Source of the DNA: Reclinomonas americana ATCC 50394
Taxonomy: Eukaryota
Direction of reading: 5' to 3'
NCBI GenBank assembly: GCA_048213135.1
Contig: PS015043.1
Location: 195,744 to 230,990 of the forward strand
DNA length: 35,247 nucleotides
Shown here: one piece after another, positions 1 through 12,661 of the stretch
How positions within the stretch are numbered: position 1 is the first letter of the stretch
Layout of the letters: each line of letters begins with the position of its first letter
The notes under the pieces: model-generated
Told to the model about the DNA's origin: nothing
The model's input: only the letters and a program-made list of their open reading frames with translations
The model's database searches: none
Made by a program: the position numbers and the translations under genes

Positions 1-1049
1 GCAGTAGTGCACCGCCCGTGTCGGACGACGCGATTGCCAAGGCCGTGGCCGAGGCGTGCGAGTGGGTCTCGAAGCACCAGGACAAGATCATGACGGCACA
101 AAAGGCCGCCCATGCCGTGTTCCGACAAATGGCCGAGGCGCTGCGCAACGAGAAGACGATCATGGATGCGGCGGCCACGGAGTGGTGCAAGGTGAGAGGC
201 GGGGCGATTGGCGAGTGACAGCGCTGTGCGTGACGGTTTCTCATGCGTTGCTGGTGTACCAGGCGGAGGCTCAGGTGCTGCGTACGTGCGTGCCGGCTGT
301 GCGGCATTGGCTGGAGCGGACGCGCAATGTGGCCGAGCAGGTGCCGACGGGCGATTGGCACGCCATGGTGGAGAGATTGCACAAGGTGAGAAACTTGGTA
401 GCTGAGCTTCTTTGACAAGTGCGTGTGTGTCTCACGATAATGTGCAGGTGCTGGAGGACGGCAAGGCCAAACTCAAGCTGCTGGAGGAGTTAAGTGAGGA
501 CCGGCGCCTGTTGCAACTGGCCAATATTCAGGCGCACAAGCATCGTTTGCAGTTGGAGGAGTACCAGTTGTCGCATGCCGCGCAGACGTCGATTAGGATG
601 GTGGAGGAGCAGCTGAGCATGGTGGAGAAGCAGGTGAGAGAGGAGGGGGGATTAGGGGGAAGGGGGGTAAGAGGGGAAGGGAAGCGCGCCAGCTGACGTT
701 TTTCTCGTCGCCTCTCGTTGTTTCTGTCGCGTCTGTGTGCGTGGGGCAGTGAGAAGTGCGCTCTGTCGCTCGTTCTCTATCTGCTTTCTTGCCAGTGCTG
801 TTTGTTCTCCAGTTGAGCACTTTTTTGCTGTTTTCTATGTCTTCGGTATCGACCACCTGCTTCGGTTTCTTTCTCCATCTCTCGTCTTATCACCTTTCAT
901 ATTTCCTGCCACTCATCCGCTCTCCTCTCTCTATGTGCATGCAGATTGCCGAACGACAAGCCAAGCTGGAGTCCACCGTGTCAAAAGTCACCCTCATGCA
1001 GCAGCAAGGATCGTTCCCGGAGATGGCATGCGAGGTCATCTTTGTATGA
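1..1049 (+). CDS. 3' part of a spliced gene for an uncharacterised helical/coiled-coil protein
   Basis: Exons <1-191, 263-385, 448-633 and 945-1049 join in frame through phase-0 G|GTGAGA...CAG introns. The product is E/K/Q/A/L-rich (LEDGKAKLKLLEELSEDRRLLQLAN...IAERQAKLESTVSKV) and ends ...MACEVIFV*. No family recognised. Confidence 0.7.
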
Positions 1050-1109
1050 ACAAATATATGTCTGTTACAAAAACATCCCTCTCTCTGTCTCTTCTCGCTG
1101 CTACCACCA

Positions 1110-2942
1110 TCATACGAATAATCCACAGGCCAAGAGCACAAAGAGAACGCCCGAGCCGAGCAGCACCGACGACAGCACAGCGATGAAGACCTCCTTGACG
1201 ACGTTGCGATTCTCCTTCTTGGTGTTGATCTCGTAGCTGCAAAGCAGAAGGCAAGTGAGAAATGAGAGGTGAGAAAGGTGAGCGACAAGAAAGACAAAGG
1301 AAAAGAGAAGAAGAAGAAGAAGAACAAGGGAGAGGAGGAGAAGGAGACGGAAGAGGACGAGGAGCAGAAGACGAGAAGAAGAGCAGGGCGAAGAATAAGG
1401 AAGAAGAAGAAGAAGAACAAAGAGGACGAGGATGAGAGCTAGAAGAAGAAACCGCAAGAGAGAGAGAGAGAGGCTGAGAATGAGACAGAGATGAAGAGGA
1501 ACGAGGAGGTGGAGAAGAAGGAGAACAACAACACGAAAAACGGGGTGAACAAACAGAAGAATGAGAAGGAGAAAGAGGGACGAGGAGGAGAAGAACGAGA
1601 ATCAGGAAGAACGATGAACAATGGATGACACAGATTGGAGCGAAAAGAGAAGAAGGATGAGAATGAGAAGAACGAGAAGAAGCAGAAGAAGAGCAGCAGG
1701 AAGGAGACGGCGGCGGAGGAGAACAAGGAGGGGAACAACAAGAAGAAGATGAAGCGAAAAGAGGAGACGGATGAGAATGAAAAGGAGGAGGAGAAGAAGA
1801 AGAAGAGCAGCAGGAAGGTGACGGCGGTGGAGGAGAACAAGGAGGGGAACAACAAGAAGAAGAAGAACAAGGAGGAGGAGAAGAAAGGAAAGACCGAGAA
1901 CAACAAAATGGAAGATGAGGAGAATGCAAAGGAGGAGGAGGAGAACAAGATGAGGAAGAAGAAGAAGAAGAAGAAGAAGAGCAGCAGGAAGGAGACGGAG
2001 AACAAGGAGGGAAACAAGAAGAAGAAGAAGACAAAGAACAATGAGGAGAAGTAGAAGGAGGAAGATCGAGAACAACAAAATGCAGGATGAGGAGAAGAAT
2101 GNNNNNNNNNNNNNNNNNNNNNNNNNNNNNNNNNNNNNNNNNNNNNNNNNNNNNNNNNNNNNNNNNNNNNNNNNNNNNNNNNNNNNNNNNNNNNNNNNNN
2201 NNNNNNNNNNNNNNNNNNNNNNNNNNNNNNNNNNNNNNNNNNNNNNNNNNNNNNNNNNNNNNNNNNNNNNNNNNNNNNNNNNNNNNNNNNNNNNNNNNNN
2301 NNNNNNNNNNNNNNNNNNNNNNNNNNNNNNNNNNNNNNNNNNNNNNNNNNNNNNNNNNNNNNNNNNNNNNNNNNNNNNNNNNNNNNNNNNNNNNNNNNNN
2401 NNNNNNNNNNNNNNNNNNNNNNNNNNNNNNNNNNNNNNNNNNNNNNNNNNNNNNNNNNNNNNNNNNNNNNNNNNNNNNNNNNNNNNNNNNNNNNNNNNNN
2501 NNNNNNNNNNNNNNNNNNNNNNNNNNNNNNNNNNNNNNNNNNNNNNNNNNNNNNNNNNNNNNNNNNNNNNNNNNNNNNNNNTAAAGGAGGAGGAGAAGAA
2601 GAACAAGAAGAGGAAGAAGAGCGAAGAGAGAGAGAGAAGAGGTGAGTGAGAAGACCAACTAAATGATGAAATGCATCAATGCGACACGGAGAATCGTCAC
2701 ATGCACGCACACACTGCTCTCTCTCTCTCACGCACACACACACTCCTCTCTTTCTCTCTCTCTGTCTGTGCGCATGTGTGCGTGTGTGTGTGAGTGAGTG
2801 ACAGGCACATGTCACGCAACAGACTGAACCAGCTCGCCGACAGCAATCCCAGTGTGATCAGAATGAGCGCCAGCATGGGGTACATGGAGAGCGGGAAGGG
2901 TGGTCGCTGGGAGACCCACATGTTGACCTCGGCGCCACTCAT
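1110..2942 (-). CDS. TMEM258: Oligosaccharyltransferase small subunit OST5/TMEM258 (82 aa, 2 exons)
   Basis: Exon 2942-2821 (MSGAEVNMWVSQRPPFPLSMYPMLALILITLGLLSASWFS-CT) plus exon 1236-1110 (C-YEINTKKENRNVVKEVFIAVLSSVLLGSGVLFVLLACGLFV*). This matches the recalled TMEM258 pattern P..L..L..G....WF..YE....K..R...KEL.I....SLF.GFG.LFLLL..G.YV. Intron is T|GTTGCGT...GCAG. Confidence 0.92.
1260..2645. repeat. GAA/GAG-rich low-complexity repeat in the TMEM258 intron (includes an N gap)
   Basis: Recurring units such as gagaacaaggaggggaacaacaagaagaag and agcagcaggaaggagacgg. Confidence 0.85.
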
Positions 2943-3099
2943 TGCTGCAAGAGGGATGATTGAATAGGACTTGAGTGGGACATGATTGTTTGTCTTCCTA
3001 CTTTTCCTGTACATTGTGTTGCTCTCTTCTCTCCTCTCCCTCTACCTCCTCCTATGAGTGCAAGTTCTTTTGAACCTTCGAATTTCTTCTTTATCGCAA

Positions 3100-3510
3100 T
3101 CTGTGACGTCGACGTCTGCGTCTCTGACTTGTGATGCATGTACGGCAGCACTTGCGAAAGACCGTAAGTAGCTGCTTGACCAATACAGCGATTTCCTCCT
3201 TGGCGTGCATTTGAGTCGAATCTTCGACGTCTGCAGCTGCGTCTTTTGTCTATGCGTGGCCGGCCGTGCATGCAGGCAGCACTTGTGAAAGACCGTGAAT
3301 AGCTGCTTTACGCACTACCTGTACTATTCGGCGATTTCCTCCTTGGCATAGTCGAATTGTTGATCCTCGACGTGTTCATCTGCCTTCCTGTGTGGCTGGT
3401 CGTACATGCAGGCAGCACTCGTAAGAGAACGAGAGTTGCTGCGACGCACTCGCTGTGTTATGCAGCGACTCTCCGCTTGACGTGCATTCGGCCACCGATT
3501 TCGTCGACAT
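3100..3510. repeat. Three degenerate ~131-136 bp tandem units, each with a 31-nt hairpin
   Basis: catg..ggcagcact...gctgc recurs at 3145, 3276 and 3412. It is followed each time by gcgatttcctccttggc-like and tcgacg-like blocks. Confidence 0.75.
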
Positions 3511-3911
3511 TTATCCTCAGCACACCTGTGGGCTGCCTGGCCTCCATCACTGACCCCGGACCCTCGAACTACGTTTTTACCCTTGACCCCTCGTGGCCCA
3601 GGTTGGTGGGGCACATTGTGATGCCCTGTTCTCCCCCTGTACTGACCATTCGCCCTTGGCGCAACATTGCAAAGCTGTTGCGGCCTGAGCAAGCCTCTCA
3701 GCACTTCGTACCACTGCTCCAAGCCCCGTTACAGCTGCAACTGAAACAGTACGTGGCAGAGACACCTACAAACAGCAAATATCTCGTAGAAAACGACGCC
3801 AAAGCTCGGCCATACGCCTGCACACGGCTCCAGAGGTCGCGCGTGCTGCACGAAACAAGAACCCACCTGCGCCGCACAAAACTTTGTGCAAAAGCGCTAG
3901 CTATCCATCCA

Positions 3912-6900
3912 TTACACTTTCACAACTGTGAGTTTCCCTGTCGTGGGCGACGCCATGATGGCCTTGTGCGTCTCGTCGTACTTGAGACGCAGTTGCTTGT
4001 TGTCCAAGAAGAAGACGATGAGCACCGTGCCGAACCTGTGCGACAAGCCAGTCAGTAATCATCAGTATCCGCGATCCAAAGCAAGTGCTTTCCGCAACAA
4101 ACAGCACGCCGCCATGAACCTGCCGAGACCACGTGAGCACGCAAAATGAGGAGCAATGCAAACACAAAGACACACACACCAGTTGAGCCATGCAGTTCCC
4201 AGCTGGTCGATCGGCACACCGAGGAAAATCAGCGCACCGACATTGTTCCACATTGCCAAAATCGTGACCTGGGTGCACAGGTGAGACACCGCTCCCGCCA
4301 GTCCTCTACTCCTACATCATCAACGCACCACAGTGGCCTCTGGTCGCGGATAGGTGACCTCCACACCGATTTCGTAGCTCAACGGGATGGTGGAGTTGAG
4401 GACGAGTCCGCCAATGGTGGCAAACACAAAGAACAGCACCTCGCCGGCGGCGCCACCGCGCGGCACCCACGACGCAGGAAGCAGCGGAACGAGGGCGAAT
4501 CCGACAAAGGACACCGTGGAGACCACCAGTAAGAAGATGAGCACTCGCCTGTGGTTGCTGTACCGATCGGCCAGCCGTGCAAAAAAGATACCGCCAATGT
4601 TGCCGGCGACGGTGCCGGAGAAGCCGACCCACCCGGCGACGGTCTGCGGGGGGAAGTGAGGGAGGAGTGCGATGTGGCGGCGAGCTCTGTCTCTCGCTCT
4701 CTCTGTGCACGAGAAGAGGAGAGCACTGAAGTGGCGCGACACTTCAAATAGTGGTTTTCTTGTTCCACACTGACTCCCTCATGACTCCCTCATGCTGGTG
4801 CCCAATCTTTGTCCCCCCTTCGTTCCTCACTACCTCTCTTTTTTGCTCTTCATGCCAGCAACTACGAGAAGAGGAATGGCGCGACATTTCCTCACTGACT
4901 CCTCACTGGTGCTCGCATTGTCTTCTCCCCTTCATTCCTGTGTCTCTCTATTGCTCTTAATCTCTGCAACGAGCAGAGGAGATTGACGAGTCACTTCAAA
5001 GTGGTTCTTGCTCTCCATCGACTCCCTCCTGCAAGCGCTCGTATTTCTTCACTCACCTCCATTCCTCTCTCTCTCTCGTGTCTGCGTCGGAGAGTGCCTC
5101 GACACTTTCTCGCCGGCTCCCTCATGCTGGTGCTCTCGTTTCCTCTCTCTCTCATACACACACTTGCTCCAACTATCTGCATGCTCGAAAAACTGAGTGG
5201 CGAGAAACGTCAAAGTGGTTTCTTGCTCCTCATCAACTTGTTCATGCAGGTGCTCTATCTTCTCTCCCCTTCGTTTCTGTCTCCCTCCCGCTCTAAATGT
5301 CTGCATGTACGAGAAGAGGAGAGTGGCGCGACACTTCCTCGCCGACTTCCTCGTGTCCTTTTCTCTCTCTCTCTCTCTCCCTTTCTTGCTTCTAATGTCT
5401 GCATGCTCGAGAAGAAGAGAGTGGCGAGAAACGACCAAGTGGTTTCTTGCTCCTCATCGACTTCCTCATGCTGATGCTCTCCCGCTTCCTCTCTCTCTCT
5501 CTCTCTCTCTATGCTACTTTATGTACTCATACNNNNNNNNNNNNNNNNNNNNNNNNNNNNNNNNNNNNNNNNNNNNNNNNNNNNNNNNNNNNNNNNNNNN
5601 NNNNNNNNNNNNNNNNNNNNNNNNNNNNNNNNNNNNNNNNNNNNNNNNNNNNNNNNNNNNNNNNNNNNNNNNNNNNNNNNNNNNNNNNNNNNNNNNNNNN
5701 NNNNNNNNNNNNNNNNNNNNNNNNNNNNNNNNNNNNNNNNNNNNNNNNNNNNNNNNNNNNNNNNNNNNNNNNNNNNNNNNNNNNNNNNNNNNNNNNNNNN
5801 NNNNNNNNNNNNNNNNNNNNNNNNNNNNNNNNNNNNNNNNNNNNNNNNNNNNNNNNNNNNNNNNNNNNNNNNNNNNNNNNNNNNNNNNNNGGGAAGGACG
5901 TGCTGTACGGTCCCGAACGGACGGGAGTGTACGGTAACCGTAACGCAGGCGTCCTCCATCGACGTTCCTCCACTGCTGATGCTCTCCCCTTCCTCTCTCT
6001 CTCTCTCTCTCTCTATTGCACTTTATGTACTCATACAAGAGAAGAGGAGAGTGTCGCGACACTCCCTCATCGGCTTCCTCATGCTGATGCTCTCCCATTT
6101 CCTCCCTCCCACTCCCTTAGTTGCTCTTCATGTCTGCATGTACGAGAAGAGGAGTGTCGTGACACTTCCTCGCCGACACCCTCATGGCGGTGCTCTCCAT
6201 TTTCCTCTCTCTCTCTCGTGCTCTCTCTCTCTCTCTATTGCTCTTCTCTGCCTCCCTTCCACCTCCGTACCTGATCGTACCCCAGATTGCCGAGATTCAG
6301 ATCCAAGATCGTGCCCCACGCGCCATAGACACCTGCGCACGCAGAACAGCTTCCTCAGTGGGACACGCTCAATCTGCAGCATACGTAGACTTCATACCCG
6401 TAGTGACGCCGTATCTAAAAATGTAAACAAAAATGAGTGCGTGTCTCCTCCAGCAACACACAAACGCATGCACATCGCACACACACACGCAACGACAAGC
6501 TAATAATCCAAAACGACTTGTTCCGCGACAGCGCCTTCAGATCCTCCCAAAACACACGCAGCGTGAGGCGCTTCTCCAACAAGCTGCTCTTCGACGCCGA
6601 CGGTGTCGGCGGCAGCGGCGGCAACGAGGGGAAGTAGATGATCGACGCAGCGGCGAGCGGCACCGCAATCGCCAAACAAACATAGTTGAATAGCAACTAC
6701 CACACCACCGAAATAAGCAACCGCCAAAACCAACACCGGCACGCATACAGGTACGCGCGCACCATTTGCGACATATCCGCCGAGGTCACAATAAGCGGGC
6801 CAACGATGAACGCCGCCGCCAGTCCAAACGAGTTGGCCTCTGCGCATTTCCTCGCATGAGTCGCACTTCCTCGTCTCTCTCTCACACAGACACCCTCTCA

Positions 6901-8275
6901 CTCACCAGCCATGATGGCCGTGGCCGTGGTGCGCTCATGTACCGGAAACCATGACTCACTGATCTTTGACGGTGCTCCCATGGCCACAGGTCCCGCCACC
7001 GAATTCAATGAGAAGCTAATAATGAGCAGCACAAGTGCCGTCGTCGAGTCGTCCTTCGCAAAGCACCGAATGAGCGCCCCGCCCACCACACATACGTAGC
7101 CAAAGATCACCGCTTGTCGAATGCCACCAGGCCGGTCCATCCATAGTCCAAGAGGCACTGCCGTGGGTAGGAAGTAGATGGGGCCTGTAGGAAGGCAAGA
7201 CAAGTGAGCGGAAGTGTGGGGAATGAGTGTGGAAGTGTGGAAGTGGAAGTGTTTGGAAGGGCGTGAAAAGGCGGAAGGGTGTGCAAGGGTAGAAGGGGGT
7301 GGGAGAGTGTGGAAGTGTATGGAAAAGTGTGAAAGCGTTGGAAGTGTGTGAGGCTCATGGAAGTGTGTGCAGGTGTGTAATAGAAAGGTGTTGCAAGTGT
7401 GCGAAAGGTGGTAAAGTGTGTAGACGGTTGGAAAGGGGTGGGAAAGTGTGTGAAAGTGTGTAGAAGTGTTTGGAAGTGTGTGCGAAAGGTGAAAACGTGT
7501 AGAAAAGTGTGCAAAAGTCTGTGGAAGAGTGTGGAGGTGTGCGAAAGTGCATGAAAGTGTGTGAAAGTGCGTGAAAGTGAGCGGCAGAGCGTAAAAGAGT
7601 GTGTGGAAGCGTGCAGAAGAGTGTGCAAGTGCGTGAAAGTGCGTGAAAGTGCATGGAAGAGTGCGAAAGTGTGCAAGTGTGCGAACGTGCATAGAAATGT
7701 GTCACTGTGAGTGGAAAAGGTATGTAAAAGGGCGTAGAAGAGTGTGCAAGTGTGCGTGGAAGTGTGTGGAGGGAGTGAAAGTCGGGAAAGCATGGAAAAG
7801 TGTGTGGAAACTGCACGTAAGTGCGTGCAAATGATTGTATCAGGGAGCGCAGGAAAAAGTGTTCGACAGTGTGACACTCTGTGCACTCTGCCTACGCGCA
7901 CCAAGGTTAACCAGCAGCTGAGTCATGTTAGCGCCATAGCCATACAGAGTCTGCATGTTGACGGCAATCGTGCCGGGCACCGCCCAAAACCACCCTTTTT
8001 CACCACAAAAAAGCGTGAGACAAATCATTCATCATCAATGCACGCACATGTTTGTGCGTACCTTGCAAGAAGGCAATGCCCGAGTACACAAACACCACCC
8101 ACCATCGCCTTGTGTAGACGGCCACACGGGTCGCCTCGGCGGGAGAAAGCAGTGCGTCGTCATCGCCATCGACTGCTCCGTATTGTGCGCTGCTGCGCGT
8201 TTGCTGAAGGAGCAAGCCGCTGTGTTCGCTGCTCTCGTCGACGTTGATGCTGAGTGGAGAGGAGGCGACGGACAT
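3912..8275 (-). CDS. MFS transporter, SLC49 family (DIRC2/SLC49A4- or FLVCR-like), about 497 aa, 11 exons
   Basis: Exons 8275-8062, 7994-7902, 7184-6906, 6839-6763, 6696-6494, 6414-6398, 6332-6271, 4643-4329, 4268-4180, 4119-4099 and 4035-3912 total 1494 nt in one frame. Motifs: VYTRRWWVVFVYSGIAFLQG, APSKISESWFPVHERTTATAI, YFPSLPPLPPTPSAS, AGWVGF, LSYEIGVEVTYPRPE. Confidence 0.9.
4700..6250. repeat. Degenerate minisatellite (~100-120 bp unit) filling an MFS-gene intron
   Basis: Repeated cgagaagaggagagtggcgcgacacttcctc...tcatgctg...ctctc units on both sides of an N gap. Confidence 0.75.
7200..7870. repeat. (GTGTGGAA/GTGTGAAA)-like simple repeat in an MFS-gene intron
   Basis: Dense aagtgtg/aagtgcg units. 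These are the source of the His/Thr/Phe-rich spurious ORFs. Confidence 0.85.
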
Positions 8276-9175
8276 TCTCTCTTGGTGACAAGAGATGCCC
8301 TCCACGCGCTCACACTCGGAGTGCGTGTGTGCGTGTGTCCAATGCGTCGGAGTGAAATGCCGATTTTGGAAGGCATTTTCTGGACAGCTTTCTGTGGATC
8401 TCCCAGCTCGCTTGGCGATGAGTCAAGCTCGAATGAGGTTCGGCAAGCCATTGCAAGCAAATCGAATTCGCAATTCACGAAGGATATCGATATCACAGCG
8501 ATATCGATCGGCAACTGCGTCACGAACGCAGGCGTCTCCGTTTGTTTGCGATAGGCAATTCATGCGTCTTCAACAGCTACAGCTGCTTGGATGACTGTGG
8601 TCTCCTCTCGAATTCAAACTCGGATGCAGGAATGACAGACAAGTGGATCCGGATCTGCAGAAGTCTCCTCCGGATCCGGATCGTCTGACTTGTGCACTGC
8701 GACAAGCACACTACAAAGTTGAATGGCCGGTAACATTAGCACTGGCGAGAAATTTGCTATGCAACGCGGATCATCGCTTGCGCAGTTCTCGCGATCGACT
8801 TGCGCATGCAGTTGCGCATGCTCGAAGCCGAGTCCGTAACGCACAAAAATATTCGTCACCTTCTAGACTGATGCTTGCATGGCTCGTTGCAGAGGGCTCG
8901 ACTTGTCCGATCATCGAGACAGCTGCTGCTGTTGCTCTGGATCCTCTTGGCGAGTGAGAGGAAACTGATTTCGAACAAACGTCGACGTCGACGGGCATCC
9001 CTCACGAATTCACGCCGCTCTTCCTCCCCACACCACTCCACATCAACTCCCCCACCATTCTCCTCCACTCTCCCCCTTTCACTCATGATCATTCAACGTC
9101 GCGCGACTGACCGTTGCCGCGAGCACCGAAATTGGCGCGAACGAAACTCCCCACACTCTCTGCGCGTGCTCAAAC

Positions 9176-10225
9176 ATGGAGGGCCGCGACGGCCCTGCAC
9201 CCCTGACAGTGCCCATGTCCCCCCCACAACCCCCACCACCCAACACCATCACCACACCCCTCTCCCGTCGCGTTCTCGACGCCTCCACACAACCCGAACA
9301 GCGCGCCTCTCGCGTCGTGCGTCGCTGGATGCAATGGGCGCGCCTCCAGCTCTCCTCGTACGCGCCTGTGCCCACTGCGCCTCTCATCGACCCGATCAAT
9401 GGACACATGCAGCAGCTGCACCATCCAACCGTCGCGCGATCGGTAACTGCCACCATGCAGGCGCGAAAGAAGCAGGCGGCGGCCGCGGCATCGATCCTGC
9501 GTCGCGCGGAGCAGGACGACGAAGGCGGTGCGAGTGTGCCTGTGCGGGGTTTAGGCGAAGGCGATGAGGAGCTTCCGTCGGATGAGGAGGAGGAGCTGAT
9601 GGAGGGCCATGATGATGTGGTGGCGGTGCTGCTGATCGATCGGGTGGTCGGCTTGCGGTTGCCGACGCAGGTGTTGGTGAGTGGGCTCGTATGGAGCACC
9701 GAGGGTGTCGCCTTTGATTGATCTTAGCCGTCGATCGATCACAGGATGCATTGGAAAAGGTGCTGCGCGTGAGCGACGACGCCGACGTGACGGTGTCGTA
9801 TCGAGTACACTTGTTCGATGTGCTGGCGCAGGCGTTTGTGGGGCGGACGTACACGTCACAGCCGGCGGGAACGACGGCGTTTAGTTATGCACGGAGGATC
9901 GATGCGCCGGCGAGTGCGATGCCGGCGCCCGAGTCGATTGATATGTTGGAGTTGCGGAAAGGAGAAGGAGGAGAAGAGGAAGGAGAATGGGACTGAGAAT
10001 GACAGCGATGATGGGGAGGGGACAGAAAGTGGAAAAGGGAAAGGAGGGGGCGAAGAGAAGGGCTTTCAACTGGAGAAACGATGCGATGCGAGACCTCCTC
10101 GCCCACGCGCTTCTCCGGTGCTTGATTTCCTCTCACCTTTTCTCTCACCTCCACTTCCCTTCCACTCTTCACTCGCTTCTCGGTCATTTCATAGTTCTGA
10201 TTCATTCTGTCGTTTTCCACTTTAT

Positions 10226-10283
<58 letters not shown>

Positions 10284-10612
10284 ACTCTCTCTCGTCTCTA
10301 CGTACGTCTCTCGTCTCTCGTCTCGTCGTACTACGTCTCNNNNNNNNNNNNNNNNNNNNNNNNNNNNNNNNNNNNNNNNNNNNNNNNNNNNNNNNNNNNN
10401 NNNNNNNNNNNNNNNNNNNNNNNNNNNNNNNNNNNNNNNNNNNNNNNNNNNNNNNNNNNNNNNNNNNNNNNNNNNNNNNNNNNNNNNNNNNNNNNNNNNN
10501 NNNNNNNNNNNNNNNNNNNNNNNNNNNNNNNNNNNNNNNNNNNNNNNNNNNNNNNNNNNNNNNNNNNNNNNNNNNNNNNNNNNNNNNNNNNNNNNNNNNN
10601 NNNNNNNNNNNN

Positions 10613-10679
<67 letters not shown>

Positions 10680-10768
10680 TTCGTTCGTTCTTCTTCTACT
10701 ACTTCTTCTTTCCTTCTTCCTCCTCCTCCTACTACTTCTACTTCCTTCGTTTTTCGTTCTACTTCTCT

Positions 10769-10829
<61 letters not shown>

Positions 10830-11895
10830 GTCACTCTCCCCATTCGTTCTCTTCCTCCGCTGCTCGTTGCTTCCACTTCTCTCCACTCCTCACCACTCGC
10901 CCTTTCTGGTCATTTGCACCTCTCTCACTTCATATTTCTCCTTGTTTTACCACTCGTCTCGCTCCTCTCCCCCTTCTCCCTTTACTCACCTCCTTCTCCT
11001 TGTCGCAGGTTCGACATGCCCGTATACATTCGCATCCCGACCCTCTACAACGCCTCCCGACCACTCAACATTGTGGTGGAAATGGTGGCCTCGGTGTGTG
11101 TGCATGTGGGCGGTGCCGTGGCGCAATCATTCTCGCTGGGATTCACGGTGATTCGTGGTCTGCCCGTGACCATGGAGGGCCAGTCGCGAGGCGACAATCG
11201 TGAGGTGAGCGCCAATGGTGTGTGCACGCATTCGAGCTCTCGTCTCACTTTTCGATCTGTAGCCGGTGGCCCCCGAAACCAAGGATCATCGTGCGGCGCT
11301 CGTGCAAGGCACTCCACGTTGCCTGTTCTTGTTCCGTGAGCAAGTCGACACGTCGTCGACGGCCAATCAGCCAAGCATCATGGCGCCGACATCGCGTCAT
11401 TCGACCACACATGATGGTGCCGACCGCGTGTTGCCCCCGCTGAACGCCACCATTGAGTATCGCTTGTCGGAGCATCCGGGACTGTGGCACACGTACAATC
11501 TGTGGCGACCGCTGGAGCCTCAAGGGCTGGAGTCTTACATTCCCGGCTTTGGCACCGTGTTCCTGTCGTTGAGTTTTTTTTTTTTTTGCTGTCGTCATGA
11601 CTGGTGGCTTTCTTGTTATTGACCAAGTCTGTAGGTCCGCTCGTGTGGCTCTGACCGATTTCTATCGTGGAAGGTACTGCTGTGTATTCTTGCAGGATCA
11701 CTCGTCTCCCTTGCAACTGACATTTGTTGGCGTTGTAGCCTGGCGCCACTGGCCAACATTTCGATTTCGTCCATGCGTGTGGCCATGGAACGATCGTTTG
11801 AACGGGAGTTCTTGGCACGACTGGATGAGTTCCGAAAGCGCCATCATGGTGAGTGGATCGTTAAAGAGGGAAGACAAGCACTCCCCAATTGTGTC

Positions 11896-11942
<47 letters not shown>

Positions 11943-12623
11943 CTCTCTCTCTCTCGCATTGTTTCTTCTTTCACTCTTTCTTCCTCTCTCTATCCTTCTC
12001 TTCCCCTTCTCTTCCCCTTCTCTTTCCCTTGCTCTTCTCCCTTCTCTTCCCCTTCTCTCCCCCCCTTCTATCCCCCTTCTCTCCCCTTCTCGCCAGGCGC
12101 CTTCTTCGACACCGTCAACAAGACAACGATTGTGGAGCGGCGACTGCTGGTGGGCGCACACAACACTCTGCGCCGCATCGACGGTCCTCACGTCGGCATC
12201 TTGAAACGCGAGCGCCTCAACGCAGAGGATCCCGCCAACGATTCCGTCACACCCAAGTCGCCCATGTCACACGCCGACGACGACACACTGGCCATTCATC
12301 GCCTGGTGTCATCGCTGGTGGTGGGCGATGGTCGGCCACCGGCATCGCGCGTGGAATCCGAGGTGCGTAAGGATGTTCTGCTTTTTTCCCCTTCCCCCTC
12401 TCTCTTCCATGTATTTACCGCTCTCTCCGCGACACAGAGCGTGCTCAAGCTGCTACGCAACTCCGTCTCCACCAAGCGCACGACGATGACGGCACGCCGA
12501 CCTCCCGTGCGTCCTCTGGCCACCGGAGTGGCTGGCGGACCCACTGGTTTCATGGCACGGTCCGCGGCGCCCACGAATGAGCCCACTGCCAGTTGCGCGT
12601 GTGCACCACACTCTGCGATCGCA

Positions 12624-12661
<38 letters not shown>

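Noticed and set aside
1129-1236. Possible extra + strand last exon of gene 1 (AKSTKRTPEPSS...)
   Set aside because: It is the antisense of TMEM258 exon 2, and gene 1 already has an in-frame stop at 1047-1049.
1635-2054. Lys/Glu-rich + strand ORF that looks like a nested gene
   Set aside because: It is the translation of a GAA/GAG low-complexity tract inside the TMEM258 intron, with a non-ATG start and frequent frame switching.
3324-4058. ORFs 3357-4058(+) and 3324-3722(-)
   Set aside because: No recognisable domain and non-ATG starts. They overlap the MFS last exon in antisense or the degenerate repeat.
8300-9175. Palindrome-rich stretch (GGATCCGGATC twice, ATCGAT, TGCGCA) and short ORFs between the divergent MFS and NPHP4 starts
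   Set aside because: Probably a shared promoter region. No RNA gene or transposon hallmark could be supported.
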